64,000 nt of DNA from an uncultured Acidobacteriota bacterium (lineage in GTDB: Bacteria > Acidobacteriota > Terriglobia > UBA7540): contig CAZCVY010000005.1 of the NCBI GenBank assembly GCA_964501985.1, positions 377 through 64,376 of the forward strand, given 5' to 3'. Of this stretch, positions 1 through 9,547 are shown one piece after another (the stretch's first letter is position 1; every line of letters begins with the position of its first letter). A program made the translations under genes and the position numbers. The notes below the pieces were generated by a model. That model had not been told where the DNA came from and ran no database searches. It worked only from the letters and a program-made list of their open reading frames with translations.

Positions 1-112
1 GGAAGCCCTTACAAGGGCAAGTCTTTACGCGGCGCTCTCGACGACGCAGGTGGGAACGCAGAAATCGTTTCCGACTCGAGAAGAGTTCGACAAGGTGTGG
101 AACAACAGGAAA

Positions 113-217
113 TTATGAATTCTGAATTATAAATTCTGAATTGTCCAAAAACCATCGCGACTGCTGCGGCATGGGGGCACACGGGAAGTTCTCATAATTC
201 AGAATTCAGAATTCTCA
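113..217. repeat. heptamer-word hairpin (GAATTCT/GAATTCA) abutting the deoC stop
   Basis: GAATTCTGAATTAT (117-130) is the perfect reverse complement of ATAATTCAGAATTC (194-207). Both arms are built of GAATTC(A/T) repeats. Confidence 0.8.
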
Positions 218-901
218 CCACTTGCCCAGCAGCCGGCGGCAATCCTCCAAAATATCCTTGGTCCGCGAGGCGCCGACGCGCGAGACGCCCAAGTCCCGGA
301 AAGTCAGAAGCTGCTCGAGATTACGAATGCCTCCTGCCGCCTTCACCTGAACGTGAGCGGGAGAGTGGGCGCGCATCAATTTCACGTCCTCGATTGTGGC
401 TCCGGAAGTACCGAAGCCGGTCGAGGTTTTTACCCAATCGGCGCCGACGTCGGAGCAAATCTCGCATAAGCGAATCTTGTGTACGTCCTTTAAGTAGCAG
501 TTTTCAAAAATCACTTTCACCTTTTGATTGCGAGCATGGGCAATATCGATAACAGCCTTGAGATCCTGGCGCACGTAATCCCAATCCTCACTTAGCACCT
601 TGCTGATGTTCGTGACCATGTCCAGCTCCTGGCAGCCGTCGTCCAGGGCCCGCTCCGCTTCCGCAACCTTGATGGCCGTAGTGTGGCCTCCATGCGGAAA
701 CCCGATGGTGGTGCTCGCCTTTACCGTACTGCCCTGCAAAATCTCTGAGCACCTTGCGAGATAATAAGGCATGATGCAGACGCTCGCGCAGTTGTATTCC
801 AGAGCCATGCGGCAACCATGCTCCAAGTCTTCGTCCGTCAGCGAGGGGGGCAGCAAAGAGTGGTCAACCATTTTGGCGATATCCTGGTAGGAAAAATCCA
901 T
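215..901 (-). CDS. deoC: deoxyribose-phosphate aldolase
   Basis: 228-aa ORF with a DeoC class I aldolase sequence. Schiff-base lysine context DWVKTSTGFG. Divergent from deoA. Confidence 0.9.
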   Translation of the reverse strand: MDFSYQDIAKMVDHSLLPPSLTDEDLEHGCRMALEYNCASVCIMPYYLARCSEILQGSTVKASTTIGFPHGGHTTAIKVAEAERALDDGCQELDMVTNISKVLSEDWDYVRQDLKAVIDIAHARNQKVKVIFENCYLKDVHKIRLCEICSDVGADWVKTSTGFGTSGATIEDVKLMRAHSPAHVQVKAAGGIRNLEQLLTFRDLGVSRVGASRTKDILEDCRRLLGKW

Positions 902-1210
902 TTTGTGCTCCTTGATGCGGCGGCGCTTCTTCTCGTGCAGACATCGGTAGTGCTCGCTTTCAGCTTTGGCTCGATTTAAGATTGTATGCCGAGCGGCCCA
1001 GTGCGCTCAAGGTCGATCCGCCTGACTACCCACGCCCAATGAAACAAGAAAACTCAGACTCGGCCCACGGCGGCGTGTTCTTGGCGAAATGTGGGGAATG
1101 GCGTTGGGGAATCCCGCAGCGGGTTTTGCAAAGCGTGTATACTCCTAATTCCCGTCAAGCTAAGAGGGAAGTTGCGGGTTATGCCCCGGGTCGCGGACTA
1201 GAATCCGAGC

Positions 1211-2560
1211 ATGGACACGCCTGAATTAATCCGGAAAAAGCGCAACGGCTTGGTCTTAACCAAGGCTGAGGTGTTTGACTTCGTCGAGCGCTACACCCGT
1301 GGGGAGATTCCCGACTATCAAGCCGCGGCGCTGCTGATGGCCATTTATTTTCGCGGGATGGACCGCCGTGAAACTGCCGACCTGACGGAGGCCATGCTGA
1401 GGTCGGGCCGCGAACTCGACTTTTCCGCCATGCCCCGCGCCAAGGTCGACAAACATTCCACGGGCGGCGTCGGTGACAAGACCTCTCTGATCGTCGCTCC
1501 AGCGGCAGCGGCGGCCGGCGTGCTGGTTCCGATGATTTCCGGTCGCGGCCTCGGACACACAGGCGGTACGCTCGACAAGCTTGAGGCCATTCCCGGCTTC
1601 AATCCTCGCCTATCGTTTCCGGACTTCCACCGGGTGTTGGAAGCCCGCGGCCTTGCCTTTGGCGCAGCGACGGCGGAATTCGCTCCCGCGGACAAGAAGC
1701 TCTACGCCCTTCGCGATGTCACTGCCACGGTGGAATCGATCCCCCTCATTACGGCTTCCATCATGAGCAAGAAACTGGCGGAGGGCATCGACGGCCTGGT
1801 TCTGGACGTTAAAACCGGCTCCGGGGCATTCATGCAAGAGTTGGAGAATGCCCGCGCGCTGGCAAAGAGCTTGGTCAATACGGGCGTGGCGCATGGCAAG
1901 CGCGTTCATGCTTTAATCACTGATATGAGCCAGCCACTGGGAAGTGCGGTCGGGAATGCGCTGGAAGTTATCGAGTCGGTGGAAACCTTGAAAGGCCGCG
2001 GGCCACGAGATCTGGTGGAACTTTGCCGCGAGCTCACCGCCCACATGTTGGTGTTGGGGAACATCACGGATTCTCTGGATGAGGCGCGCTTGCGGTATGA
2101 TTCCGCAATATCGAGCGGCGAAGCGCTGGACCGTTTTGCGCGCGTCGTCGCGGAACAGGGAGGCGATCCGAGCGCGCTGGAGGACTACTCGCGTTTGCCC
2201 CAAGCCCAGCATGAGGATTCTGTCGTGGCGTCCGAGGACGGATACATCGCCGGATTGGAAGCAAGGGTTATCGGCGTCGCGTCGATGATTCTTGGCGCTG
2301 GGCGAGATCGTTCCGACGCAGACATCGACCCCGCCGTGGGCTTGGTGTTCGAGAAAAAGGTCGGTGACCCGGTACGCGCTGGCGAACGGGTTTGCATTCT
2401 GTACTCCAATGACCGCTCGCGGGTGCCCAGGGCTCTCGATATGATCCACAAGTCAATCGCGATATCCGCGGAACCAGTTTCTCCTCCGCCATTGATTTTG
2501 GAGCGCGTGCTGCGTTCGGAAGGCGACGTGACTTTGGCGGAGAGGATTGTGGAGCTTTAG
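1211..2560 (+). CDS. deoA: thymidine / pyrimidine-nucleoside phosphorylase
   Basis: 449-aa ORF with the family phosphate-binding motif KHSTGGVGDKTSL. First gene of the + strand nucleoside operon. Confidence 0.9.
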   Translation: MDTPELIRKKRNGLVLTKAEVFDFVERYTRGEIPDYQAAALLMAIYFRGMDRRETADLTEAMLRSGRELDFSAMPRAKVDKHSTGGVGDKTSLIVAPAAAAAGVLVPMISGRGLGHTGGTLDKLEAIPGFNPRLSFPDFHRVLEARGLAFGAATAEFAPADKKLYALRDVTATVESIPLITASIMSKKLAEGIDGLVLDVKTGSGAFMQELENARALAKSLVNTGVAHGKRVHALITDMSQPLGSAVGNALEVIESVETLKGRGPRDLVELCRELTAHMLVLGNITDSLDEARLRYDSAISSGEALDRFARVVAEQGGDPSALEDYSRLPQAQHEDSVVASEDGYIAGLEARVIGVASMILGAGRDRSDADIDPAVGLVFEKKVGDPVRAGERVCILYSNDRSRVPRALDMIHKSIAISAEPVSPPPLILERVLRSEGDVTLAERIVEL

Positions 2561-2561
2561 C

Positions 2562-2694
2562 AATTTGGCGATTCAGCGATTCTTGAAATCACTAAATGGC
2601 AGGCAGTGGGCGAATCGATGGATTATTAAGTGATGGCGTGACCCGGCGATTCTCAAGATGATCCGATCGCCAAATCACTAAATCACCAGATCAC
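2562..2694. repeat. word-repeat array (GGCGATTC / AAATCACT) after deoA
   Basis: GGCGATTC...AAATCACTAAAT occurs twice (about 2567-2597 and 2645-2683). ATTTGGCGAT (2563-2572) is inverted at 2666-2675. Confidence 0.7.
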
Positions 2695-2696
2695 AA

Positions 2697-3902
2697 ATGT
2701 CTATCACACGGATGATTCCGATCCTCGGCATGCTGGTGATACTGGCGGCCGCCGTCTTGCTTTCCAAGAACCGGAGAGCTATTCCGTGGCGCACCGTGGG
2801 CTGGGGATTGGCATTGCAGATCCTCGTCGCATTATTCGTGCTGCGCACAAGTATGGGCTATTGGCTCATGTCGAAGGTCTCGGGCGCGTTCGTGAGCGTC
2901 CTGAATTGTTCCTTCGCCGGCTCGTCCTTCGTGTTCGGCGCGCTCGGGGAAAAACAGGGAAGCTTCGGGATGATCTTTGCCTTTCAAGCCCTCCCCATGA
3001 TCATCTTCGTTGCGGCGCTGATGTCCATTCTTTATTACCTTCGCATCATCCCGATATTGGTCGTACTGACAGGCAGGGCCATGGCCAAGCTGCTGGGGAC
3101 GAGCGGCGCCGAATCCCTCGAAGTCGCCGCCAGCATTCTGATGGGGCAGACGGAAGCGCCTTTGGTGATCCGCCCTTATCTGGCCGACCTGACGGAATCC
3201 GAATTGATGACGATCATGACGGCAGGAATGGCCCATATCGCCGGTTCCGTCTTCGGCGCGTACGTTTTGTTCGGAGCGGAGGCGCGCCACTTGTTGACCG
3301 CGGTGGTGATGACGGCGCCCGGAACCATCGTGCTCTCCAAAATGCTGGTTCCGGAAACCGGGCATCCCAAGACCTCCGGCGACGTCAAACTCACCGAGGA
3401 AGGCAAACCGATTAACCTACTGGATGCCGCGTCCCGCGGGGTTTCCGACGGCCTTCACTTGGCTCTGAATGTCGCTGCAATGTTAGTGGCGTTTGTGGCG
3501 CTGATTTACCTGGTTAACTTGGGTTTGAGCGGGATGCACACGACCCTTCAGAGCTTGCTTGGTTATCCCTTGGCGCCTGTGGCGTGGTTGCTGGGTGTTC
3601 CGTGGAAGGACGCCGCGACGGTTGGGAATCTGATGGGAACCAAAGTGGTAGTGAACGAATTCGTGGCCTTCTCCATGCTGGGCCCGCTCAAGGGGCACAT
3701 CGCGGAGCGCTCATTTACGATTGCCACTTTTGCTCTTTGCGGTTTTGCCAATTTCTCCTCGATTGGGATTCAAATCGGCGGCATCGGCGCCCTGGCCCCA
3801 GCGCGAAAACAAGACTTGGCCAGGCTGGGGTTCAGAGCACTCATCGCCGGCACCTTAGCGAATTACCTCGCGGCGGCGATTGCCGGGCTGCTGTTGGTAT
3901 GA
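2697..3902 (+). CDS. nupC: NupC-family concentrative nucleoside transporter
   Basis: 401-aa polytopic membrane ORF with CNT-type signature MGQTEAPLVIRPY. Confidence 0.85.
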   Translation: MSITRMIPILGMLVILAAAVLLSKNRRAIPWRTVGWGLALQILVALFVLRTSMGYWLMSKVSGAFVSVLNCSFAGSSFVFGALGEKQGSFGMIFAFQALPMIIFVAALMSILYYLRIIPILVVLTGRAMAKLLGTSGAESLEVAASILMGQTEAPLVIRPYLADLTESELMTIMTAGMAHIAGSVFGAYVLFGAEARHLLTAVVMTAPGTIVLSKMLVPETGHPKTSGDVKLTEEGKPINLLDAASRGVSDGLHLALNVAAMLVAFVALIYLVNLGLSGMHTTLQSLLGYPLAPVAWLLGVPWKDAATVGNLMGTKVVVNEFVAFSMLGPLKGHIAERSFTIATFALCGFANFSSIGIQIGGIGALAPARKQDLARLGFRALIAGTLANYLAAAIAGLLLV

Positions 3903-3910
3903 ACCGTAAT

Positions 3911-3940
3911 CGAAAATAGAAACTGGAAACTCGAAACTGG
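3911..3940. repeat. heptamer-word array after nupC
   Basis: CGAAAATA GAAACTG GAAACTC GAAACTG G. Confidence 0.7.
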
Positions 3941-4011
3941 TCCAATCATCAGACCTCGAGTCCTTGAATTTTGCCTCAATTTGCGCTCAAACCACGGAAG
4001 TCGTAAACCTT

Positions 4012-4884
4012 ATGGCCCATCGAACGCCACATGAAACTCGCTACTCTCAGCATAGTTTCGAGGAAGCGGAACAGGCTGCACAGTACATTCGCTCTCGAGG
4101 GATTGCGCCACGTGTTGCCATCACGCTCGGTTCCGGTTTGGACGAGGTCGTCGGCCGGCTGCATGCGCAAGTGAAAATTCCATACGATCGCATCCCCCAT
4201 TTCCCTGGAACGACGGTGCAGGGACACGGAGGCACGCTGCATCTGGGCGACTGGGAATGTGTTCCCGTGGCCATTCTTGAAGGCCGTGTGCATTGTTATG
4301 AAGGTCATTCTCCCGCAACTGTAGTGTTCCCCGTACGCTCGCTGGCGCTCGCAGGGGTCAAGACCTTCATTTTGACCTGCGCCGCGGGAGGGGTTGCCGC
4401 GAAGTCGAAGCCCGGTGGTTTCATGATTTTTTCAGACCACCTGCACCTGCAAGGGGTGAATCCTCTCGTGGGGATTCACGACCCACGCTGGGGAGCGCAA
4501 TTCGTGGATTTGACTGAGGCCTATGATCCCCGGCTTCGCGCCATCACTCGGAAAGCTGCCAGCAAGCTGCGTGTGCCGTGCTTCGAAGGCGTCTACGCTT
4601 CATTGCTCGGACCTACGTATGAGACGCCTGCGGAAATCCGCGCCTTAAAGAGTATGGGCGCAGACGCGGTGGGAATGTCCACCGTCCCGGAAGTGATGGC
4701 GGCGCGACAGTTGAAGTGCCGCGTGCTGGCGATCGCCACCATTTCCAACCGCGCTGCGGGACTGGCAGGAAAGCCTTTGTCACACGAGGACGTGCTTGCC
4801 GCTGGGCGCGTTGCTTCGCGCCACCTCGCCGATCTACTGGATGCGGTCCTGCCGAATTTGGGTGAGGGGAGTGAGACGCCATGA
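4012..4884 (+). CDS. punA: purine nucleoside phosphorylase (trimeric PNP/MTAP family)
   Basis: ORF 3964..4884; start placed at ATG 4012 (MAHRTPHE...). Motifs ITLGSGL and GMSTVPE. The stop overlaps the cdd start (ATGA at 4881). Confidence 0.85.
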   Translation: MAHRTPHETRYSQHSFEEAEQAAQYIRSRGIAPRVAITLGSGLDEVVGRLHAQVKIPYDRIPHFPGTTVQGHGGTLHLGDWECVPVAILEGRVHCYEGHSPATVVFPVRSLALAGVKTFILTCAAGGVAAKSKPGGFMIFSDHLHLQGVNPLVGIHDPRWGAQFVDLTEAYDPRLRAITRKAASKLRVPCFEGVYASLLGPTYETPAEIRALKSMGADAVGMSTVPEVMAARQLKCRVLAIATISNRAAGLAGKPLSHEDVLAAGRVASRHLADLLDAVLPNLGEGSETP

Positions 4885-5270
4885 AACCAGAGCAACTCAT
4901 CGTGCGCGCAGTTGAAGTGCGGGAGAACGCCTGCGCTGACTACTCTCACTTTAAGGTCGGGGCGGCGCTGTTGGCTTCGAACGGCAAGGTGTATACGGGG
5001 TGCAACGTCGAGAATTCCACTTACGGCCTCACGGTCTGCGCCGAGCGCGTCGCCCTCTGGAAGGCCCTGTCGGAAGGCGAGAGGAAATTCACGCAAATTG
5101 CGGTCGTCACATCCAGCGAGTCTCCGGCCTCACCCTGCGGCGCGTGTCGGCAAGTCCTCTGGGAATACTGCGGAGATATCGAAGTCGTTCTCGCCAATCC
5201 GCAAGGTTTCCGGGAGACCTTCCGGCTTTCGGAACTCTTCCCCCGTCCATTTGATCAGGGTTCTCTATGA
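4881..5270 (+). CDS. cdd: cytidine deaminase
   Basis: 129-aa ORF with zinc-ligand motifs CAERVA and PCGACRQ, typical of tetrameric cytidine deaminase. Confidence 0.9.
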   Translation: MKPEQLIVRAVEVRENACADYSHFKVGAALLASNGKVYTGCNVENSTYGLTVCAERVALWKALSEGERKFTQIAVVTSSESPASPCGACRQVLWEYCGDIEVVLANPQGFRETFRLSELFPRPFDQGSL

Positions 5271-5322
5271 GTCACACAGCCACGTAGTACCCCTGCTTCG
5301 AGCCCATCGTGAACAAGTCGGC

Positions 5323-6420
5323 CTAGACCCCGGCGACCGGCAGATTTTCGGGGTAGCGGACTCTAGCGTAGCCCGATTTGATAGCCGTATAGATGATGCG
5401 GATGCGTTCGGCATAGGGCGCGAAAGCACTCTTCATGGAATTGATGGTGATTTTTTCGAAATCGTCGAGACCGAGGCCAAAGTTGTCCATGGCCACCTGA
5501 AATTCGTTGGTCATGCTGGTGCGGCTCATCAGCCGATTGTCGGTATTCAGAGTGACGCGGAACTGTTCGCGGTAAAGAACCTTGAAGGGGTGGTCGGCGA
5601 TCGTGGGAATCGCGCCGGTGTGGACATTACTCGAGAGACAGATTTCCAGCGGGATGCGCTTGTCGAGGACGTACTGTGCCAGCCCTCCGAGCTTCACTCC
5701 GGCTCCGTCCGTAACCGCGATATCATCGATCAGCCGCGTGCCGTGTCCGATGCGATGCGCCCCACAATATTGGATGGCCTGCCAGATGGATTCCTTTCCG
5801 TAGCCCTCGCCGGCGTGCACGGTAATATTGAAATTCTGGCGCTGGATGTAATGGAATGCGTCCACGTGTTTCTTTGGGGGATAGCCACCTTCCTCGCCCG
5901 CGAGATCAAATCCGACGACGCCTCGGTCGCGAAAATCCACGGCGAGTTCCGCCATCTCAAGTGAAATTTTCATATTGCGCATCGCGCAGACGATCAATCC
6001 CACAGGAATTTTGAACTCTCTTCGTCCCCGTTCCAGCCCTTTGAGTACGGCAGCGACCACGTCCATGTTGGTGAGCCCCTTTTTAGTGTGGAAAATGGGA
6101 GCAAACCGCGTCTCAAAGTAAACCACTCCGTCGTTCTTCAGGTCTTCAACCTGTTCGTATGCGACCCGCTCCAGTGCTTCTGCGGTTTGGGTAACAGCGA
6201 TGGTGTGGGCAAAGCCCTCTAGGTACCCGGCCAAGTCCCCGCGATAAGCCCCCTGATAGAACCAATCTGCCAGTGCCGCCGGATCAGCGGTCGGCAGTTT
6301 GGTGTATTTGGCATCCTTGGCCAATTCAATAATCGTCTCTGGCCGCATTGAGCCGTCCAAATGCTCGTGCAAAAGGACCTTGGGAAGAGCCCGCAAGGTG
6401 GACTTGTCGAGAAACATCAA
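5323..6420 (-). CDS. add: adenosine deaminase
   Basis: 365-aa ORF with N-terminal metal-binding motif LLHEHLDGS. Convergent with cdd. Confidence 0.9.
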   Translation of the reverse strand: MMFLDKSTLRALPKVLLHEHLDGSMRPETIIELAKDAKYTKLPTADPAALADWFYQGAYRGDLAGYLEGFAHTIAVTQTAEALERVAYEQVEDLKNDGVVYFETRFAPIFHTKKGLTNMDVVAAVLKGLERGRREFKIPVGLIVCAMRNMKISLEMAELAVDFRDRGVVGFDLAGEEGGYPPKKHVDAFHYIQRQNFNITVHAGEGYGKESIWQAIQYCGAHRIGHGTRLIDDIAVTDGAGVKLGGLAQYVLDKRIPLEICLSSNVHTGAIPTIADHPFKVLYREQFRVTLNTDNRLMSRTSMTNEFQVAMDNFGLGLDDFEKITINSMKSAFAPYAERIRIIYTAIKSGYARVRYPENLPVAGV

Positions 6421-6666
6421 ACCGCACCTCCACTGCCCAGGGGGGCAAGCTTCATTATATGTAATTGTTCTTGACCCGACGCGGAATTAACTGCGCTCGC
6501 GATGAGCAATGGCTAGATTCTAATTCTCCCGCCCCGCTGGGGAAGATCGAACACACGTTCTGCGGATTAAAACCGTTATCGTGAATTTCTCGCATGAAGC
6601 CCTATTATCATTGGCTTCCGATCGGAATCGGGGTAATCTATTCCCTCCAAAAGCAAGGACCTCAAC

Positions 6667-7911
6667 GTGGAATTTGTAACGGGGCTGAAGTGCGTTTTTT
6701 GCGGCGCGACGTACTCGACGCGTGTTCCTTATACGTGTCCGGCGTGCGGAATCACCGGCATGCTGGATGTTCAATACGATTACTCCGCGATTGCAAGGTA
6801 CCTGAATCACCGGGCCTTGGCCAAGCGCTCCGAGTACTCGCACTGGCGTTACCGCGAGTTGTTGCCCATCCGCAAGGACGCGGTGCTACCTGCTCTTCAG
6901 GTGGGGTGGACGCCCGTCATGCGGGCAGACTCTCTGGCGCGTTATTTGGGATTGAGAACTCTTTACCTCAAAGATGACGGACGCAATCCTAGCGGGTCGT
7001 TGAAGGATCGCGCCAGTTCGGTGGGCGTGGTTAAAGCACTGGAGAAGCGGCAGAAGATTATCGCCTGCGCCAGCACCGGGAACGCAGCCTCTTCGCTCGC
7101 GGGAATGGCGGCGTCGCTGGGACTCCGGAGCGTGATCTTTGTTCCCGAGCGCGTTCCTGAACCCAAGGTTACCCAACTGCTCATTTTTGGCGCGACCGTC
7201 TTGCGTGTTCGCGGCAGTTACGAGGACGCGTTTCAACTGTGCCAGCGCGCGTGCGAACGCTGGGGTTGGTACAACCGCAACAGCGCCATTAATCCCTATC
7301 TGGTCGAAGGCAAGAAGACCGTGGGCCTCGAAATCTGCGAGCAGCTCACGTGGCAAGTTCCCGACTGGGTAGGGGTTTCGGTGGGCGATGGCTGTACGAT
7401 CGCCGGTGCGTGGAAGGCTTTTAACGAAATGAAGATGCTGCGGCTCATCGACCGCACGCCCAAAATGCTAGGGGTACAAGCGGCCGGCGCAGCCCCGGTT
7501 ACAAAGTCATTTCGCAGTGGTGAACCGCTGAAACCCATCGAACCGAAGACCATTGCCGACAGCATTGCGGTTGGGGTGCCGCGCAATTGGAAGAAGGCAG
7601 TGCTTGCCATTCAGGCGTCCGGCGGCACGATGATCAACGTCGAGGACGAGGAGATTCTTGAGGCAATGCGCAGCGCCGGCCGCTTGGCCGGCATCTTCGC
7701 CGAACCCGCTGCGGCCACAGCCATTGCCGGCGTGCGTCGCGCAGTTGCGGACGGAGTCATCGGCCGCGGGGAACGAGTTCTCGCGGTGGTTACCGGCAAT
7801 GGCCTGAAGGACATTCGGAGCGCACAGTCCGCGGTCGCCAAACCATTTGACATATCGCCAGATGGAGCGGGGCTGGACGAAATCTTGAAGAAGCAAAACC
7901 TTGCATCGTGA
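6667..7911 (+). CDS. thrC: threonine synthase-like PLP enzyme with N-terminal zinc-ribbon
   Basis: 414-aa ORF with a GTG start. PLP-lysine context GSLKDRASS, fold-type II. N-terminal CVFC...CPAC four-Cys ribbon. Confidence 0.7.
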   Translation: MEFVTGLKCVFCGATYSTRVPYTCPACGITGMLDVQYDYSAIARYLNHRALAKRSEYSHWRYRELLPIRKDAVLPALQVGWTPVMRADSLARYLGLRTLYLKDDGRNPSGSLKDRASSVGVVKALEKRQKIIACASTGNAASSLAGMAASLGLRSVIFVPERVPEPKVTQLLIFGATVLRVRGSYEDAFQLCQRACERWGWYNRNSAINPYLVEGKKTVGLEICEQLTWQVPDWVGVSVGDGCTIAGAWKAFNEMKMLRLIDRTPKMLGVQAAGAAPVTKSFRSGEPLKPIEPKTIADSIAVGVPRNWKKAVLAIQASGGTMINVEDEEILEAMRSAGRLAGIFAEPAAATAIAGVRRAVADGVIGRGERVLAVVTGNGLKDIRSAQSAVAKPFDISPDGAGLDEILKKQNLAS

Positions 7912-7966
7912 GGAGTTAATTATGCTCGCCAGTAAGAAACCCTTTTGCCCATGCCACTTTTGGCCC

Positions 7967-9514
7967 ATGCGTTCAATTCCAGAGCATTCCTTGCGCGACC
8001 GCGCCATCCTGGGCCTGCTCGTCTTGCTCATGCTGGCAATTGGCGCTCCCCGTGTCTGGGCCCAGGAAGAAAAGCCTGCGCCTCCGCCAGCCCCCGCCGA
8101 TGCCAAGGATAAAGATAAAGACAAAGCCGCGGAAAAGGAGGCGCCACTTCCCGGGGACGCGCATGTGGCGCAGAGCATTCAGTTCGAAGGCAAAGCGCTG
8201 CACTACACGGCCACCGTGGGCAAACTGCCGGTCATCGACAATGGCAAGAGAATTGGAGAGGTGGTCTATACAGCCTACATTATGGAAGGCCAGGACCGGC
8301 CGATCACTTTCGCGCTGAATGGCGGTCCGGGCGCGGCATCCGTCTATCTGAATTTTGGCGCCATCGGCCCGAAGCACATTCAGTTCGGCATGGAGGGAGA
8401 CAGCCCCTCCGATCCGCCGAGGTTATCCGACAATCCGGGCACGTGGCTGGATTTCACCGACCTGGTGTTCATCGACCCGATCGGTACTGGCTACAGCCGG
8501 TCGCTGGTTACGCCAGAGGAAAGCAAGAAACAGTTTTACAGCACCGATGCCGACATACATTACCTGTCGCGCATCATTTACGACTGGCTGACGGCGAACG
8601 GGCGAATGGGCTCGCGAAAGTATTTTGTCGGAGAGAGCTACGGCGGCTACCGTGGCCCGCGCATCACGCATTACCTGCAGACGCAGCTCGGCGTAGCAAT
8701 GAATGGCATGGTTTTGGTCTCCCCGTATTTGGACCCCGAACTGGATAGCAACGGTGACGTTTCTCCCCTCCCCTGGATGTTGACGCTGCCGTCGATTACG
8801 GCGGCGCATCTCGAGCGCGAGCAGAAGCTGACGCCGGAAGCGATGGCGCCCGTCATTGCCTATACCCGCGGCGAGTACGCCTCTGACCTGCTGAAAGGCC
8901 GCTCCGACCCGGAGGCGACGCCCCGGATCGTGAAACATGTGACGGAGATGACCGGCCTGGAAGAGGAATTTGTGCGGCGGGCGGGCGGCCGCTTGGAGAC
9001 CGACGCCTATCTGCGAGAGGTCTTCCGCGAAAACGGCAAGATCGGCAGCGTGTACGACTCGAATGTGACCGGCTATGACCCGTACCCCTTCGCACCGGAG
9101 CAACGCACCCTCGATCCGCTTCTGTCGAGCATCATCGCGCCGACCACGATGGCGATGGTGGATTTTGTAACTCGCATCGTCGGTTGGAAAACGGACGCAC
9201 GCTACAATGCTCTGAGCTACGAGGTCGGCTCCCAGTGGGATCACGACAGCCGCGCCTTGCGCCGGGGAGCCGTGCCCGATCTGCGGCAGGCGGTGGCGGC
9301 CGACCCGAAGTTGCGCGTCATCATTGCGCACGGCTGGAACGACCTCTCCTGTCCTTTCATGGGCTCGGTTCTGACGGTGGACCAGATGCCAGTGATGGGC
9401 GATCCGACGCGCGTCGCCGTACGGGAGTACCCCGGCGGCCACATGTTCTATAGCCGTCCGGCCAGCCAGGCTGCCTTGCGCAAAGACGTGGAGGCGATGG
9501 TCGGCAAACACTGA
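7967..9514 (+). CDS. secreted S10-family serine carboxypeptidase
   Basis: ORF 7901..9514; start placed at ATG 7967 ahead of a signal peptide (LLVLLMLAIGAPRVWA). S10 motifs NGGPGAAS and nucleophile elbow GESYGG. Confidence 0.8.
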   Translation: MRSIPEHSLRDRAILGLLVLLMLAIGAPRVWAQEEKPAPPPAPADAKDKDKDKAAEKEAPLPGDAHVAQSIQFEGKALHYTATVGKLPVIDNGKRIGEVVYTAYIMEGQDRPITFALNGGPGAASVYLNFGAIGPKHIQFGMEGDSPSDPPRLSDNPGTWLDFTDLVFIDPIGTGYSRSLVTPEESKKQFYSTDADIHYLSRIIYDWLTANGRMGSRKYFVGESYGGYRGPRITHYLQTQLGVAMNGMVLVSPYLDPELDSNGDVSPLPWMLTLPSITAAHLEREQKLTPEAMAPVIAYTRGEYASDLLKGRSDPEATPRIVKHVTEMTGLEEEFVRRAGGRLETDAYLREVFRENGKIGSVYDSNVTGYDPYPFAPEQRTLDPLLSSIIAPTTMAMVDFVTRIVGWKTDARYNALSYEVGSQWDHDSRALRRGAVPDLRQAVAADPKLRVIIAHGWNDLSCPFMGSVLTVDQMPVMGDPTRVAVREYPGGHMFYSRPASQAALRKDVEAMVGKH

Positions 9515-9547
9515 AAGTCGTGGCCGAATCTGCCCTTAAAGTGAGCC

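Noticed and set aside
1-118. Open frame running from the window edge to TGA at 116-118 (...EEFDKVWNNRKL*), possibly the 3' end of a + strand gene.
   Set aside because: Only 38 codons are visible with no recognisable motif. It is plausible, since the GAATTC-word hairpin follows its stop, but it is not supportable as a feature.
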